A stretch of 64,000 bases of DNA from a virus (lineage: Duplodnaviria; Caudoviricetes), in the IMG/VR virus record IMGVR_UViG_2909979649_000004, one strand, 5' to 3'. Shown here piece after piece: positions 1-9,510 of the stretch (its first letter is position 1; every line of letters starts with the position of its first letter). The translations under genes and the position numbers were made by a program. The notes beneath the pieces are model-generated. The model had not been told where the DNA came from, did not search any database, and saw nothing but the letters and a program-made list of their open reading frames with translations.

Positions 1-1
1 C

Positions 2-409
2 GCTTTTATTGGGCTGAAAGTAATAGTGTTTCCCTTTAGCGGTTTTTACTTTCCATGGAGTACGACCGACGGCACCTGACTCCATAAATTGAACGGCTTC
101 TTCAGAGTCGGCGTCCACAACAATCACATTACGCCCCGTCACAATGGCATAATTGGCATAGGGAAATTGATGTGTCCAATTCTCTATTTCTTGATCAGAC
201 GGCGGTTGCTTCTGGTATTTATGCCAACTGGTGCGTGGTGTTTTAGGCCAACGTTCTTTGGCTTTTTCTAAATCGCCATCACAACGGTCATTAACAAAAT
301 ACGGTGGTGGTGTATCAAAAGGTGAACCTAATGGAATTAAGGTAAAACCTTGTTCATTCAACTGCCAAGCAATATCCTCAGTGGGTTCGGGTTTTAAATC
401 TGGCATCAT
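2..409 (-). CDS. Bifunctional DNA primase/polymerase (Prim-Pol) N-terminal domain, truncated by window edge
   Basis: Manual translation (not in ORF track): MMPDLKPEPTEDIAWQLNEQGFTLIPL...KTPRTSWHKYQKQPPSDQEIENW...ANYAIVTGRNVIVVDADS...KTAKGKHYYF; DxD and HxYF motifs of Prim-Pol; AGGGA RBS. Confidence 0.8.
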   Translation of the reverse strand, partial: MMPDLKPEPTEDIAWQLNEQGFTLIPLGSPFDTPPPYFVNDRCDGDLEKAKERWPKTPRTSWHKYQKQPPSDQEIENWTHQFPYANYAIVTGRNVIVVDADSEEAVQFMESGAVGRTPWKVKTAKGKHYYFQPNKS

Positions 410-494
410 GTTCGACATCCCTGATTTAGGCATACTGGTACTGCTGGATAATCCAATCCAGTACTAATTAGTAAAACAGTCATCTCTAGCAGTA

Positions 495-523
495 GTGACA
501 TCAAAGACCTACTCAGATATAGT
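495..523 (+). promoter_or_regulatory. sigma70-like promoter for immunity-region sRNA
   Basis: GTGACA-17 bp-TATAGT; same geometry at equivalent positions in elements 2 and 3. Confidence 0.65.
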
Positions 524-529
524 TATTGC

Positions 530-642
530 TCAACCAAGGGATGTGCAGAGCCCAATAGTCGCGAGGCTACTCCTTATACCTCTCCCATCTCCTTTGTTGT
601 TTCGGGTTTAGCCGGACTTCCCTTGGGAGGTTCCGGCTTTTT
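530..642 (+). ncRNA. Putative phage sRNA with anti-SD tracts, ending in an intrinsic terminator
   Basis: Promoter upstream; CTCCTTATAC and TCTCCTTT tracts; GCCGGAC...TCCGGC hairpin followed by T5. Confidence 0.55.
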
Positions 643-753
643 ATTACTATGAGTTACAAGATACACAAAGATTACTAAGTACGTCAATAGTTACGATAAA
701 GTTTTCTTTTGATTACTTTCTACTTCTTTTGAAAGAGATGGTACGCTTACTAT

Positions 754-1191
754 ATGAGCGAGAAAAAAAGCGAGCTGAAAGATAGAATTAAATCGGTTAG
801 AAAGTTCCGGCTTTTCACGCAAGAAGAGCTAGGGCAGAAACTTGGTGTTACAAAGTCAGCTGTTGCCGCCTGGGAAACTGGTAGAAACTCCCCAGCCCCA
901 TTAATGCTGAAAGAGATTAGTAAGCTCCTAAACTGTTCTTTTGACTGGCTATCGTCAGATGAAAGTGAAATTACTGGTCAATGGGCTGAGCGAATAAAAG
1001 TAGAGCACCCAGATAAAGTAGATAATGAGAACTATGATCGTAACAGAATCATGGAAGATGTAAGCTATGTTGCAACTAATATTACTCGTCTTGGACTTGA
1101 GGATAAACTCACTCAGTCGGATATGAAGTTACTCAAATCAATAATTGATATTATTGAAGAACGAGAAGAAATTAATAATACATCTAAGTAA
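754..1191 (+). CDS. XRE/HTH phage repressor lacking an S24 peptidase domain
   Basis: TQEELGQKLGVTKSAVAAWETGR HTH; position divergent from replication gene. Confidence 0.85.
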   Translation: MSEKKSELKDRIKSVRKFRLFTQEELGQKLGVTKSAVAAWETGRNSPAPLMLKEISKLLNCSFDWLSSDESEITGQWAERIKVEHPDKVDNENYDRNRIMEDVSYVATNITRLGLEDKLTQSDMKLLKSIIDIIEEREEINNTSK

Positions 1192-1335
1192 TTAGCCCTT
1201 CTTAATTCACTCCTGTCTCTCCATTCTTATAGATATTTTTAATTAACCCACCTCTTCTAGTAATTTTTTTATACTTGAAAGTAATCAAAGATTACCTAAG
1301 AATACTAAGTACACAGTATTAGTGAGAGTTACTAA

Positions 1336-1725
1336 ATGGACGGTAACGTAATAGCAGAAGGACACTGGCAAGCGCACCTGAACAATCCGCACCTTGCCCC
1401 TCGGGAGACGTTGTACTGCTTCGGTCTCCTAGCGGGTAAGTCAGATAAACAGATTGCCCGCGATTGTGAAGTCTCACCGGGCACAGTGACGCAACGAATT
1501 AAAACCGTACATTACAAGCTACGGACCCATAACCGGGCACATTTAGTGGCTGAGTTAATTCGGCTAAAAGTGGTCACCCCACTATTGATGGTATTAGCCG
1601 CATTAACACTACCTGATTTACCACTATTAACTGCCCAAGACGATGACCCGAATCAACCCCGCCAGGTTCGCATTACTCAACGACCTGTGCGGCGAGCTGA
1701 TGACTTAACGACATTATTAGTATAA
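1336..1725 (+). CDS. Phage LuxR-type HTH regulator with hydrophobic C-terminus
   Basis: LAPRE...GKSDKQIAR...TV...HYKL..HNRAHLV; homologs at 19749 and 59357. Confidence 0.8.
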   Translation: MDGNVIAEGHWQAHLNNPHLAPRETLYCFGLLAGKSDKQIARDCEVSPGTVTQRIKTVHYKLRTHNRAHLVAELIRLKVVTPLLMVLAALTLPDLPLLTAQDDDPNQPRQVRITQRPVRRADDLTTLLV

Positions 1726-1736
1726 GGAGCCACACA

Positions 1737-2651
1737 ATGGCATCAATAAAGGAAGCAACTGTTTATAGGCTTAAGGTCCACTCAGATATGGTGGTCGAAA
1801 AAATAATGGGTGGATTACAACAATATGCATTTCAGCCTTGCGGTAAAACCCAAGAATTAAGCCATGGGTTTACACCGGTCGTAGACGATAGCTTTGTTTT
1901 AATGGGCGATCACTTAGTTTTATTCCGTTATAAAATCGAAGAAAAAATATTGCCTAAAGCGGTGATTGAACACCATGCCCAAAGACGCATGGTAGAAGCC
2001 GAAGAAAAAAACGGTAAACCCTTATCAAGACAAGAAAAAGACCAAATAAAAGATGCTGTCCGTGTTGAATTACTCCCGCAAGCATTTAGCCTTTATAAAA
2101 CCATTGATGCCTATATTGATACCCAAAACGGTTGGTTAGTGGTGGGTAGCTGCAATACTACAGCGCTGGATTATGTCTTAGGGGCTATCAGACAAGTAGT
2201 CAGTGGTTTTTCCAGTGAACTAATGGTGACAAAACAAGAACCCAGTTTGATCATGACCGCCTGGATATACCAGGAAGCCTTAGACTTTTCTGAATTTGAG
2301 CTAGGCGACTGCTTTAAAATCTCCAATGGTGAAGGTTCTATTACCTGTCGGAAAGAAGATTTACGCGATCAGGAAATTGTTGATTTATGTGGTACTCGCC
2401 AGGTTAAGCAATTAACCCTTGAAAGTGTGCATTACACGTTTGATGTTACCGAAAACATGCAAATCAAAAGACTTAAAATTGATGACGCTTACACCGATTC
2501 TTTTATAAATAATGAGGAAGAAGACAAGCTTCATTATCTTCGGGTTAATGCGTTTGTCACTCAGCAAACCATCAGTGAAATTATTAACACCTTAATTAAA
2601 GCGTTTGGTGGATTGGTTGAGGAAAGATTGCCAGAAGAGCAAGCGGCATGA
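1737..2651 (+). CDS. rdgC: Recombination-associated protein RdgC (phage copy)
   Basis: FQPCG..ELSHGF, EEKILPKAVI, ELLPQAFS, FGG motifs; 304 aa. Confidence 0.8.
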   Translation: MASIKEATVYRLKVHSDMVVEKIMGGLQQYAFQPCGKTQELSHGFTPVVDDSFVLMGDHLVLFRYKIEEKILPKAVIEHHAQRRMVEAEEKNGKPLSRQEKDQIKDAVRVELLPQAFSLYKTIDAYIDTQNGWLVVGSCNTTALDYVLGAIRQVVSGFSSELMVTKQEPSLIMTAWIYQEALDFSEFELGDCFKISNGEGSITCRKEDLRDQEIVDLCGTRQVKQLTLESVHYTFDVTENMQIKRLKIDDAYTDSFINNEEEDKLHYLRVNAFVTQQTISEIINTLIKAFGGLVEERLPEEQAA

Positions 2652-2857
2652 AACCCATGGCCACCCGATTACCCAAAACTGAACTAAAAGCCAACCAAGC
2701 ATTAAGAAGGAGAAAAACTGAAGCCGAAATTATGTGGGAGAAAATTTCCAAGGAGTACCACGAATTATTAAAGATTAACAACAGTCTGAGAGTACGATTA
2801 CGTTATCAATTAGATAAAGCCAAACATCGATTATTAAGAGAACCTGCCGGGTTCTAA
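2648..2857 (+). CDS. Phage hypothetical protein
   Basis: Homologous to 58678..58884. Confidence 0.7.
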   Translation: MKPMATRLPKTELKANQALRRRKTEAEIMWEKISKEYHELLKINNSLRVRLRYQLDKAKHRLLREPAGF

Positions 2858-2884
2858 ACCGAATAAAAAGCTGAATTTAAAAAC

Positions 2885-2933
2885 GCTCAAATTAGAGCCA
2901 TGGCACTTTATTGCCTGAAGAAAGTGAAGGAGA
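2885..2933 (+). promoter_or_regulatory. Conserved two-hairpin leader before an early-gene RBS
   Basis: GCTCAAATTAGAGC CATGGCACTTTATTGCC...AAGGAGA; conserved at 19348-19390 and 58608-58651 on the minus strand. Confidence 0.6.
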
Positions 2934-2940
2934 AAACAAA

Positions 2941-3357
2941 ATGTTAGCAACCCAACAACCACAACCCGTTAATATGATCGATGAATTAGCTAATCAATGG
3001 GAGTTTGCCAAACAACAAGAAACCGAAGCGATAAAAAGCCGCCGTGCTATTGAAGATAAACTGATTGAATTAATTGGCCGTAAGCCAGAAGGCACTTGCA
3101 GTAAAGCAACGGAAGTATTCAAGTTAAAAACTAACTCTAAGATTAGTCGCAAAGTAGATGTCAATAAATTAGCTGATGTCGCGCAGTCCATAAATCCAAC
3201 CTTATTTAATAACTTGTTTCGGGTGAAGTATGAGGTCAATACCACAGCCTTTAAGGAGTTAATGAAGACCGACAGTAAAACCTACAATGTAGCAGCCCAT
3301 GCGGTTATTTCCACTCCTGCCAGAACCAGCGTTAGCGTTGAGCGTGTGGAGCAATAA
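2941..3357 (+). CDS. Phage hypothetical protein of the recombination module
   Basis: AAGGAG RBS before ATG 2941; in operon with AAA protein. Confidence 0.7.
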   Translation: MLATQQPQPVNMIDELANQWEFAKQQETEAIKSRRAIEDKLIELIGRKPEGTCSKATEVFKLKTNSKISRKVDVNKLADVAQSINPTLFNNLFRVKYEVNTTAFKELMKTDSKTYNVAAHAVISTPARTSVSVERVEQ

Positions 3358-3359
3358 CC

Positions 3360-4112
3360 ATGGCCATTTCATTAGCCAGTATCTCAAAAACCAACGGGAT
3401 TAAGGCTCCACGGATATTGATTTATGGGACTCATGGCATTGGTAAAACCACCTTTGCCGCCGGGGCTCCGAATCCCATATTTTTATTTACCGAAGATGGT
3501 TCCGGTCAATTAGCATTAAATTCATTTCCACTCCTGACGAATTATGTAGAAGTTATTCAAGCTTTAGCGGCTCTATATAATGAACAACACGAATTTCAGA
3601 CCGTGGTGCTTGATTCACTGGATCATTTAGAACCCTTAATTTGGACCCATACGGCCCAGCAATGTAATAAAGACAGTATCGAAGACTTTGGCTATGGCAA
3701 AGGCTATATGGAAGCCTTACGTTATTGGCGTGAAATATTAGGTTGGCTGGATGCGTTACGTAACCAAAAAGGCATGACCTATATTTTAACCGCTCATACC
3801 CATATTAAACGTTTTGATAGTCCTGAAACGGATTCTTATGACCGCTACCAAATTAAGTTAAATGACAAAGCCAGTGGCTTAGTTCAGGAGTCAGTAGACT
3901 GTGTGTTGTTCTGTAATTATCAGGTCAACATTAATAAAGCCGATGTCGGCTTTGGTAAAGAAAAAGCCCGAGGTATTTCCACTGGACAACGGTTGATTCA
4001 TACCGTGGAAAAACCCGCTTACATAGCCAAAAACCGTTTTAACTTACCCGAAAAAATGCCCCTTGCATGGGAGGCATTTACCAATGCACTTAACCCACAA
4101 CCCTCTGTATAA
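3360..4112 (+). CDS. AAA_24 / Sak4-like phage NTPase
   Basis: Walker A GTHGIGKT, Walker B VVLDS, GYGKGY, AKNR. Confidence 0.85.
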   Translation: MAISLASISKTNGIKAPRILIYGTHGIGKTTFAAGAPNPIFLFTEDGSGQLALNSFPLLTNYVEVIQALAALYNEQHEFQTVVLDSLDHLEPLIWTHTAQQCNKDSIEDFGYGKGYMEALRYWREILGWLDALRNQKGMTYILTAHTHIKRFDSPETDSYDRYQIKLNDKASGLVQESVDCVLFCNYQVNINKADVGFGKEKARGISTGQRLIHTVEKPAYIAKNRFNLPEKMPLAWEAFTNALNPQPSV

Positions 4113-4123
4113 GGAGAGTCATC

Positions 4124-4702
4124 ATGGCAAGTTTTGGATTTAATACAGGTGAATATGATCCTAATGCCGGATTTGAGGTATTACCTGCCGGTGATTATAT
4201 CGCTATGTTGGTAGAAGCCGATATTAAAGCGAATTCAAAAGGCACCGGCCAATTTATTAACTGTAAATGGTTAATTACTGAAGGCGAGTTTGCTAATCGT
4301 AATATTTTTGATGCAGTCAATATTACTCACCAAAATACCATGGCGGAGAAATTAGGTCGGCAACGACTGTCGGCGATTGCTCATGCCATTGGGATTCCTG
4401 ATGCGCAGGATACTGACCAGTTATTACAAAAACCCTGTGTGTTAACGCTTGGAATGAAGCGTGACGATAAATATGGTGAGCAGAATACCATTAAAAAATT
4501 CACGGCTTATCAGTTTGGCATGCAACAACCGGCATCACCAGGCAGTTATCAGCAAACAGCTGTGCCAACCATGCCACCTCAAAATACAACACAACAGCCG
4601 GTTACTCAGGTACCACAACAACCCATGAATGTAGGTGGTCCTAATGGTCAGCCTGTGTTTAATACGCCCTCATCTGAGCAAGTAGCAAAAATAGCCGTTT
4701 AA
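4124..4702 (+). CDS. DUF669-type phage ssDNA-binding protein
   Basis: LPAGDY motif, Q/P-rich tail, follows Sak4-like gene. Confidence 0.75.
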   Translation: MASFGFNTGEYDPNAGFEVLPAGDYIAMLVEADIKANSKGTGQFINCKWLITEGEFANRNIFDAVNITHQNTMAEKLGRQRLSAIAHAIGIPDAQDTDQLLQKPCVLTLGMKRDDKYGEQNTIKKFTAYQFGMQQPASPGSYQQTAVPTMPPQNTTQQPVTQVPQQPMNVGGPNGQPVFNTPSSEQVAKIAV

Positions 4703-4899
4703 TTATTTAAGAAAATATAAAAAAGCATTGCTTCGTTAACGCGGGTTCAGGGCTAATCGATAAAACAACGAAGCAATGCAATATACGCAAGATTAAAAAA
4801 CTATCTGATTGAGGATTACAAGAAAAGTATACCTCAACTGCAATAAAAAATTTTACTGAAAACGACACTTTTAATAGCCGGTAACCAGGGAGTGACCAT

Positions 4900-5940
4900 A
4901 TGCAAATTCCTGACGCCAGTAACACAACCGTTAATGCCATTTACCAACATTACGAAAAAAATGCTGATAGTGGTTTTCGGGCACACTTGGGCGCGTCCAT
5001 TATTGGTAAAGAATGCCAACGGGCGCTGTGGTATGACTTTCATTGGTGTACCCCTAGCAATCATTCGGGTCAGCTATTGCGCTTATTTGAGACTGGCCAG
5101 TTAGCCGAAGCGCGCTTTGCTGAAAACCTAAGAGCCATTGGCGTACAAATCCATACCGTAGACCCAAAGACCGGTTTGCAATATCGGGTCGTGGCTTGTG
5201 ATGGTCACTTTGGTGGCAGTATGGATGGCATTGGTCAAGGTTTCCCTGAAGCCCCAAAGACACCCCATGTCGTAGAGATGAAGACTCACAGCGAGAAGTC
5301 TTTTAAGGAATTAGAAAAGAAAAAGGTTAAGGAATCCAAACCCCAGCATTACACCCAAATGCAAGTCTATATGCACCTCGGCGGATTCGAGCGAGCTTTT
5401 TATATTGCCGTGAATAAAAACACTGACGAACTTTATGGTGAACGGGTTGAATATGATCAACAGCATGCCAGGGAGGCAATTGATAAAGCATGTAATGTGA
5501 TTTTTTCGAGTGCACCACCGGCAAAAATTAACGAAGACCCGAGCTGGTTTAAGTGCAAGTTTTGCGACCACCAAGCCGTGTGCCATCAAAACAAATTACC
5601 ACCGGTTAACTGTCGTACCTGTATGCATTCTACCCCAGTGGCCAATGGTCAGTGGTTATGTGAGCGTTACCAACTCAATCCGACCGATGAGCAACAACGC
5701 TGGGGCTGTCAGAGCCATATGTATAACCCACATCTGTTGTATCCCTGGGCGGAAGTACTGGATAGTGGGGATTACTGGTATCAGTTTGCTATCAAAGCCA
5801 CAGGGGAAATCATTACCACTGGTGAAGCACCTGAACACTACAAGAGCAGTGAATTAAGGGCCGTTTCTGATTTATCACTATTAAACGATAAAAACGTTGA
5901 AGCGATCCGTGACCACTTTGATGCCAAGGTGGTGGCATGA
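4900..5940 (+). CDS. PD-(D/E)XK Cas4-like phage exonuclease
   Basis: HLGAS.IG..C.R, DG...EMKT, Q.Q.YM, C..C.....C cluster. Confidence 0.8.
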   Translation: MQIPDASNTTVNAIYQHYEKNADSGFRAHLGASIIGKECQRALWYDFHWCTPSNHSGQLLRLFETGQLAEARFAENLRAIGVQIHTVDPKTGLQYRVVACDGHFGGSMDGIGQGFPEAPKTPHVVEMKTHSEKSFKELEKKKVKESKPQHYTQMQVYMHLGGFERAFYIAVNKNTDELYGERVEYDQQHAREAIDKACNVIFSSAPPAKINEDPSWFKCKFCDHQAVCHQNKLPPVNCRTCMHSTPVANGQWLCERYQLNPTDEQQRWGCQSHMYNPHLLYPWAEVLDSGDYWYQFAIKATGEIITTGEAPEHYKSSELRAVSDLSLLNDKNVEAIRDHFDAKVVA

Positions 5941-7562
5941 AACTCCGACCTTATCAGCAGGAAGCGATTCAGGCACTGATTGAATACTTTCATCGTGCCA
6001 CTGGGAATCCGTTAATCTGTATTTCCACTGGTGGCGGTAAGTCGGTGGTGATAGCCGCCTGGTGTCAGTTGGTATTAAACCAATTTCCTAACCAACGAAT
6101 CTTAATACTCAGCCATGTAAAAGAAATCCTGGAGCAGAATTACAGCAAATTAAAAACCCTGGCCCCTGATGTGGATATGGGGATTTATTCGGCTAGCTTA
6201 AAACGCAAAGACAAAGATGCCAGTGTCTTATTTGCCGGTATCCAATCCGTGTATTCCAAAGCGTTTGACTTAGGTCCATTCAATTTAATTATTGTAGATG
6301 AGTGCCACTTAATTAACGCCGATAAAGATACCACTATGTACAGTCAGTTTTTTACCGATGCGAAAAAGATGAATCCCAATATTAAAGTGATTGGGTTTTC
6401 AGCCACACCGTATCGGATGAAATCAGGCTTATTAACTCATGGGGATAATGCTTTATTCCATGAGATTGTTTACGAAACCGATATTCAGCAATTAATTGAT
6501 GATGGCTATTTATCGCCCTTAGTCACCAAAGGTGGCAGGCAGAAAATAGACCTGACTGGCGTACGGACTCAAAATGGCGATTATGCCACCAAGGATATGG
6601 AAAAGGCGGTTAATAAAGATGATTTAACTGATAAAGCCTTGGCTGAAATTATGGAGTTAGGTGCAGACCGAAAAAGCTGGTTAATCTTTGGGGTATCGGT
6701 AAAACACTGTTTGGAAATTGAAGAGAAATTAAAAAAGCAAGGTGTCTCCGTGGGGATCGTCCATGGTAAGACACCTAATAAGTTAAGGGATAGAATTATT
6801 ACTTTGTTCAAACAAGGTAGTATACGTTGTCTAATTTCGCAAGGTGTTTTAACGACGGGATTCGATGCGCCTAGAACGGATTTAATTGCGTTATTACGTT
6901 CGACTAAATCCGCTGGGCTGTATGTGCAGATATTAGGGCGTGGATTACGGATATCACCCGAAACCGGCAAGGCTAATTGTTTAGTGCTGGATTATGGCGG
7001 CAATGTTGAACGCCATGGGCCGATTGATCAAATCAAAGTGAGAAATGCCGGCAAGAAAAAAGAACCGGGTGAAATGCCTATTAAGGAATGCCCCAAATGC
7101 CAGTTATTGATTCCTTGCTTTGAAAAAGAATGCCCAGATTGCGGGTATATTTTTCCCGCACAAGCCCCCCATAAAGCCACGGCCAGTAATAAAGCGGTTT
7201 TGTCTGCTATGCAACAGGCTGAATGGTATCCCGTGGAAGCGGTGTTTTATCAGCTGCATAGTAAGGCGTTTTCGAATAACTCAGTCAAAGTCACTTATCA
7301 ATGTGGCACTGAATTTTTTGATGAGTGGGTTTGTTTTGAGCACACCGGCTTTCCAAAACACCGGGCATTAACCTGGTGGGTGCAACGGGTCGGTTATCAA
7401 CCGCCATGCCCGAATGATTGTGATACGGCATTGGCCTATTTAAATAATAACAAGATCAAAACCCCATCCGCTATTCAGGTTAAACCGGAAGGCAAATACA
7501 AAAAAATAATTAATTACGAGTTTCTACCCGAGACAATAAAGGAAATGGCTTATGGAAATTAA
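5937..7562 (+). CDS. SF2 DEAD/DEAH helicase with Zn ribbon (RadD-like)
   Basis: LRPYQ, TGGGKS, DECH, SATP, TGFD, Q..GRGLR, CPKC..CPDC. Confidence 0.9.
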   Translation: MKLRPYQQEAIQALIEYFHRATGNPLICISTGGGKSVVIAAWCQLVLNQFPNQRILILSHVKEILEQNYSKLKTLAPDVDMGIYSASLKRKDKDASVLFAGIQSVYSKAFDLGPFNLIIVDECHLINADKDTTMYSQFFTDAKKMNPNIKVIGFSATPYRMKSGLLTHGDNALFHEIVYETDIQQLIDDGYLSPLVTKGGRQKIDLTGVRTQNGDYATKDMEKAVNKDDLTDKALAEIMELGADRKSWLIFGVSVKHCLEIEEKLKKQGVSVGIVHGKTPNKLRDRIITLFKQGSIRCLISQGVLTTGFDAPRTDLIALLRSTKSAGLYVQILGRGLRISPETGKANCLVLDYGGNVERHGPIDQIKVRNAGKKKEPGEMPIKECPKCQLLIPCFEKECPDCGYIFPAQAPHKATASNKAVLSAMQQAEWYPVEAVFYQLHSKAFSNNSVKVTYQCGTEFFDEWVCFEHTGFPKHRALTWWVQRVGYQPPCPNDCDTALAYLNNNKIKTPSAIQVKPEGKYKKIINYEFLPETIKEMAYGN

Positions 7563-7785
7563 CCAGATGTATTTATCAAGAGAAAACAGAAAGGTTGTTG
7601 AGAGAATGAGGGAGTATATTAACTATTATAAGCTAGCCAAAGCAGATGGACGAAAGCCTGAAAGAATACAGTTAGAAATTAAACAATATGAAAGGCTTAG
7701 GAAAAATTTACTAACAAAGACTAACGGTAAATGTAAACCACCTTACACCCTTAACAATATCCCAGTTGTCCCGGTTCAACATTAA
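7552..7785 (+). CDS. Phage hypothetical protein (MEIN...CKPPYT family)
   Basis: Homologs at 18014 and 57862. Confidence 0.75.
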   Translation: MEINQMYLSRENRKVVERMREYINYYKLAKADGRKPERIQLEIKQYERLRKNLLTKTNGKCKPPYTLNNIPVVPVQH

Positions 7786-7794
7786 GGAATCACC

Positions 7795-8100
7795 ATGTTA
7801 GCACTCTCACGAAAATACGGGCAGGCCATTTATATTGGTAATCATATCAGAATTTCATTAGGTGGGTTTAATCGGGAATCGGCCCGAGTAGGACTAGCAA
7901 TCAATGAAAAACTAGAAATTAAGGAGGTGCCTTACGAACGTTATCAAAAGCTAGGTGACGATATTACCTTCTTTATTCGACATAAAGGTGGTCAAGTGTG
8001 TTTTTATTTTGATGCGCCGAGAGATGTCATCATATTACGCAGTGAGCTGGAAGCAAGAAATAAGAAAGTTAAACCCGAAAAATCATTAAATGTTGCTTAA
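7795..8100 (+). CDS. CsrA-like protein, internally duplicated
   Basis: MLALSRK.GQAI.IG N-terminus; LGDDI...APRDVIILRSEL second half. Confidence 0.7.
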   Translation: MLALSRKYGQAIYIGNHIRISLGGFNRESARVGLAINEKLEIKEVPYERYQKLGDDITFFIRHKGGQVCFYFDAPRDVIILRSELEARNKKVKPEKSLNVA

Positions 8101-8110
8101 GGAGAATGAA

Positions 8111-8305
8111 ATGCAACTTAAGTGGGTTAAGCTAAATAGGTATTTAGAACTATCTGGTGATACTCGGGATGCATTCGCTAATAAACAAAAGAAAGGTGTT
8201 TTTTTACGTGATCGTGAGTATCGAACCTGTAGTGATGGGCGAGTTTGGGTAAACCTTGAGGCAGTAGAAAAGTGGGCTCAAAAAAGTGAACCGAGGAGGC
8301 ACTAG
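8111..8305 (+). CDS. Excisionase-like protein
   Basis: KWVKL...DGRVWVNLEAVEKW; directly upstream of integrase; near-identical to 17467..17661. Confidence 0.75.
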   Translation: MQLKWVKLNRYLELSGDTRDAFANKQKKGVFLRDREYRTCSDGRVWVNLEAVEKWAQKSEPRRH

Positions 8306-9486
8306 TGAGCAGTAAGTTGCCTGTAGGTGTCAGTATTCGGCAAAATAACCGAACAGAGTCTATTCAAGTTGCCTTTTCTTATCGTGGTGTTCAGTGTCGT
8401 GAGACGCTTAGGCTTAAGCCAAATAAGGCCAATATTAAATATGCTGAATCGTTGAGATCAGAAATCGTTAGCAAAATTAACAGAGGCTTATTTAAATACA
8501 GTGAATATTTTCCTGAATCACCTAGATGTAAATTATTTGGTGAGGAGACTCGTGAAAATATCACTGTAGCTGAATTGCTTAATGAGTATACCGCTGATTT
8601 ATCTCGTACGGTTGAGCCCTCAACTGAGCTTCGTTACCGTCGCTCGATAGAAGGGCAACTACTGCCGGAGTTTGGTGATATATTAGCTACTGAGCTAACG
8701 CCTAAGCGTATTCGTCAGTGGATTAAGTCAAAGGAGTGTAAGCGTAAGACAATTGCCAACCATCTTATACCCTTGGTTAAAGTACTTCGGCTGGCTGTTG
8801 TAGATGGAATTATTGCTAAGTCACCTATGGATTCTATCTCGCTTGATGATGTAGTTCATAAGGAGGCTAGGAGAAGTGACTATAAAATTGATCCATTTAC
8901 ACCGACTGAAATTGAAATACTGTTAAAGGCCATGGAAGGGCAGGTACACAATGCATATAAATTTGCCTTTTTTACGGGTGTTCGTACCAGTGAGCTAATT
9001 GGCTTGATGTGGAATAAGGTGGATTTACCCAGAGGTAAAGTGCTGATTGATCAAGCTAAGGTAGAAAGGCAGATGAAGGGTACTAAAACCGGTGAGAAAG
9101 GGGAGAGGGAGATAGCTTTATTTCCGCCAGCATTGCAGGCTATTCAGGATCAACTGAAGTATACAGGGGAGGGCGAATACGTCTTCCATAACCCAAGGAC
9201 TAATCAACCTTGGGATGATGATCAGCAAATAAGAAAGCGGGCGTGGATGCCTGCAATTAAAAGTACTAGGTTGCGTTACCGTAATCCTTATCAGACCAGA
9301 CACACCTTTGTTTGCTTGATGATTGCCAGGAATGAAAACCTATTCTGGATTGCCAGCCAAATGGGGCATCAGGGTATTGAGATGATCAATAGACATTATG
9401 GCAAGTTTATTGAGGAAGCTGGGGCGCAAAGTTCTTATGAGCCTAATCATGATTGGGGGGAGTTTGTGGTGAGTTCAGATGTGTGA
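8305..9486 (+). CDS. int: Tyrosine integrase with arm-binding N-terminal domain
   Basis: TGVRTSEL, YQTRHT, MGH, HY catalytic motifs. Confidence 0.92.
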   Translation: MSSKLPVGVSIRQNNRTESIQVAFSYRGVQCRETLRLKPNKANIKYAESLRSEIVSKINRGLFKYSEYFPESPRCKLFGEETRENITVAELLNEYTADLSRTVEPSTELRYRRSIEGQLLPEFGDILATELTPKRIRQWIKSKECKRKTIANHLIPLVKVLRLAVVDGIIAKSPMDSISLDDVVHKEARRSDYKIDPFTPTEIEILLKAMEGQVHNAYKFAFFTGVRTSELIGLMWNKVDLPRGKVLIDQAKVERQMKGTKTGEKGEREIALFPPALQAIQDQLKYTGEGEYVFHNPRTNQPWDDDQQIRKRAWMPAIKSTRLRYRNPYQTRHTFVCLMIARNENLFWIASQMGHQGIEMINRHYGKFIEEAGAQSSYEPNHDWGEFVVSSDV

Positions 9487-9510
9487 AACCATCTTATATC
9501 GCTTCACTGT

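Noticed and set aside
444-461. LexA box in element 1 control region (CTGG...CCAG)
   Set aside because: 18 bp rather than the required 16 bp spacing
89-467. Plus-strand ORFs 89..271 and 231..467, and the many short antisense ORFs inside phage genes
   Set aside because: Shadows of the minus-strand Prim-Pol gene or of other well-supported CDSs
4900-5940. Cas4-like protein as evidence of CRISPR-Cas
   Set aside because: No cas1/cas2 and no repeat-spacer array; it sits in a standard phage Sak4-SSB-exonuclease-helicase module
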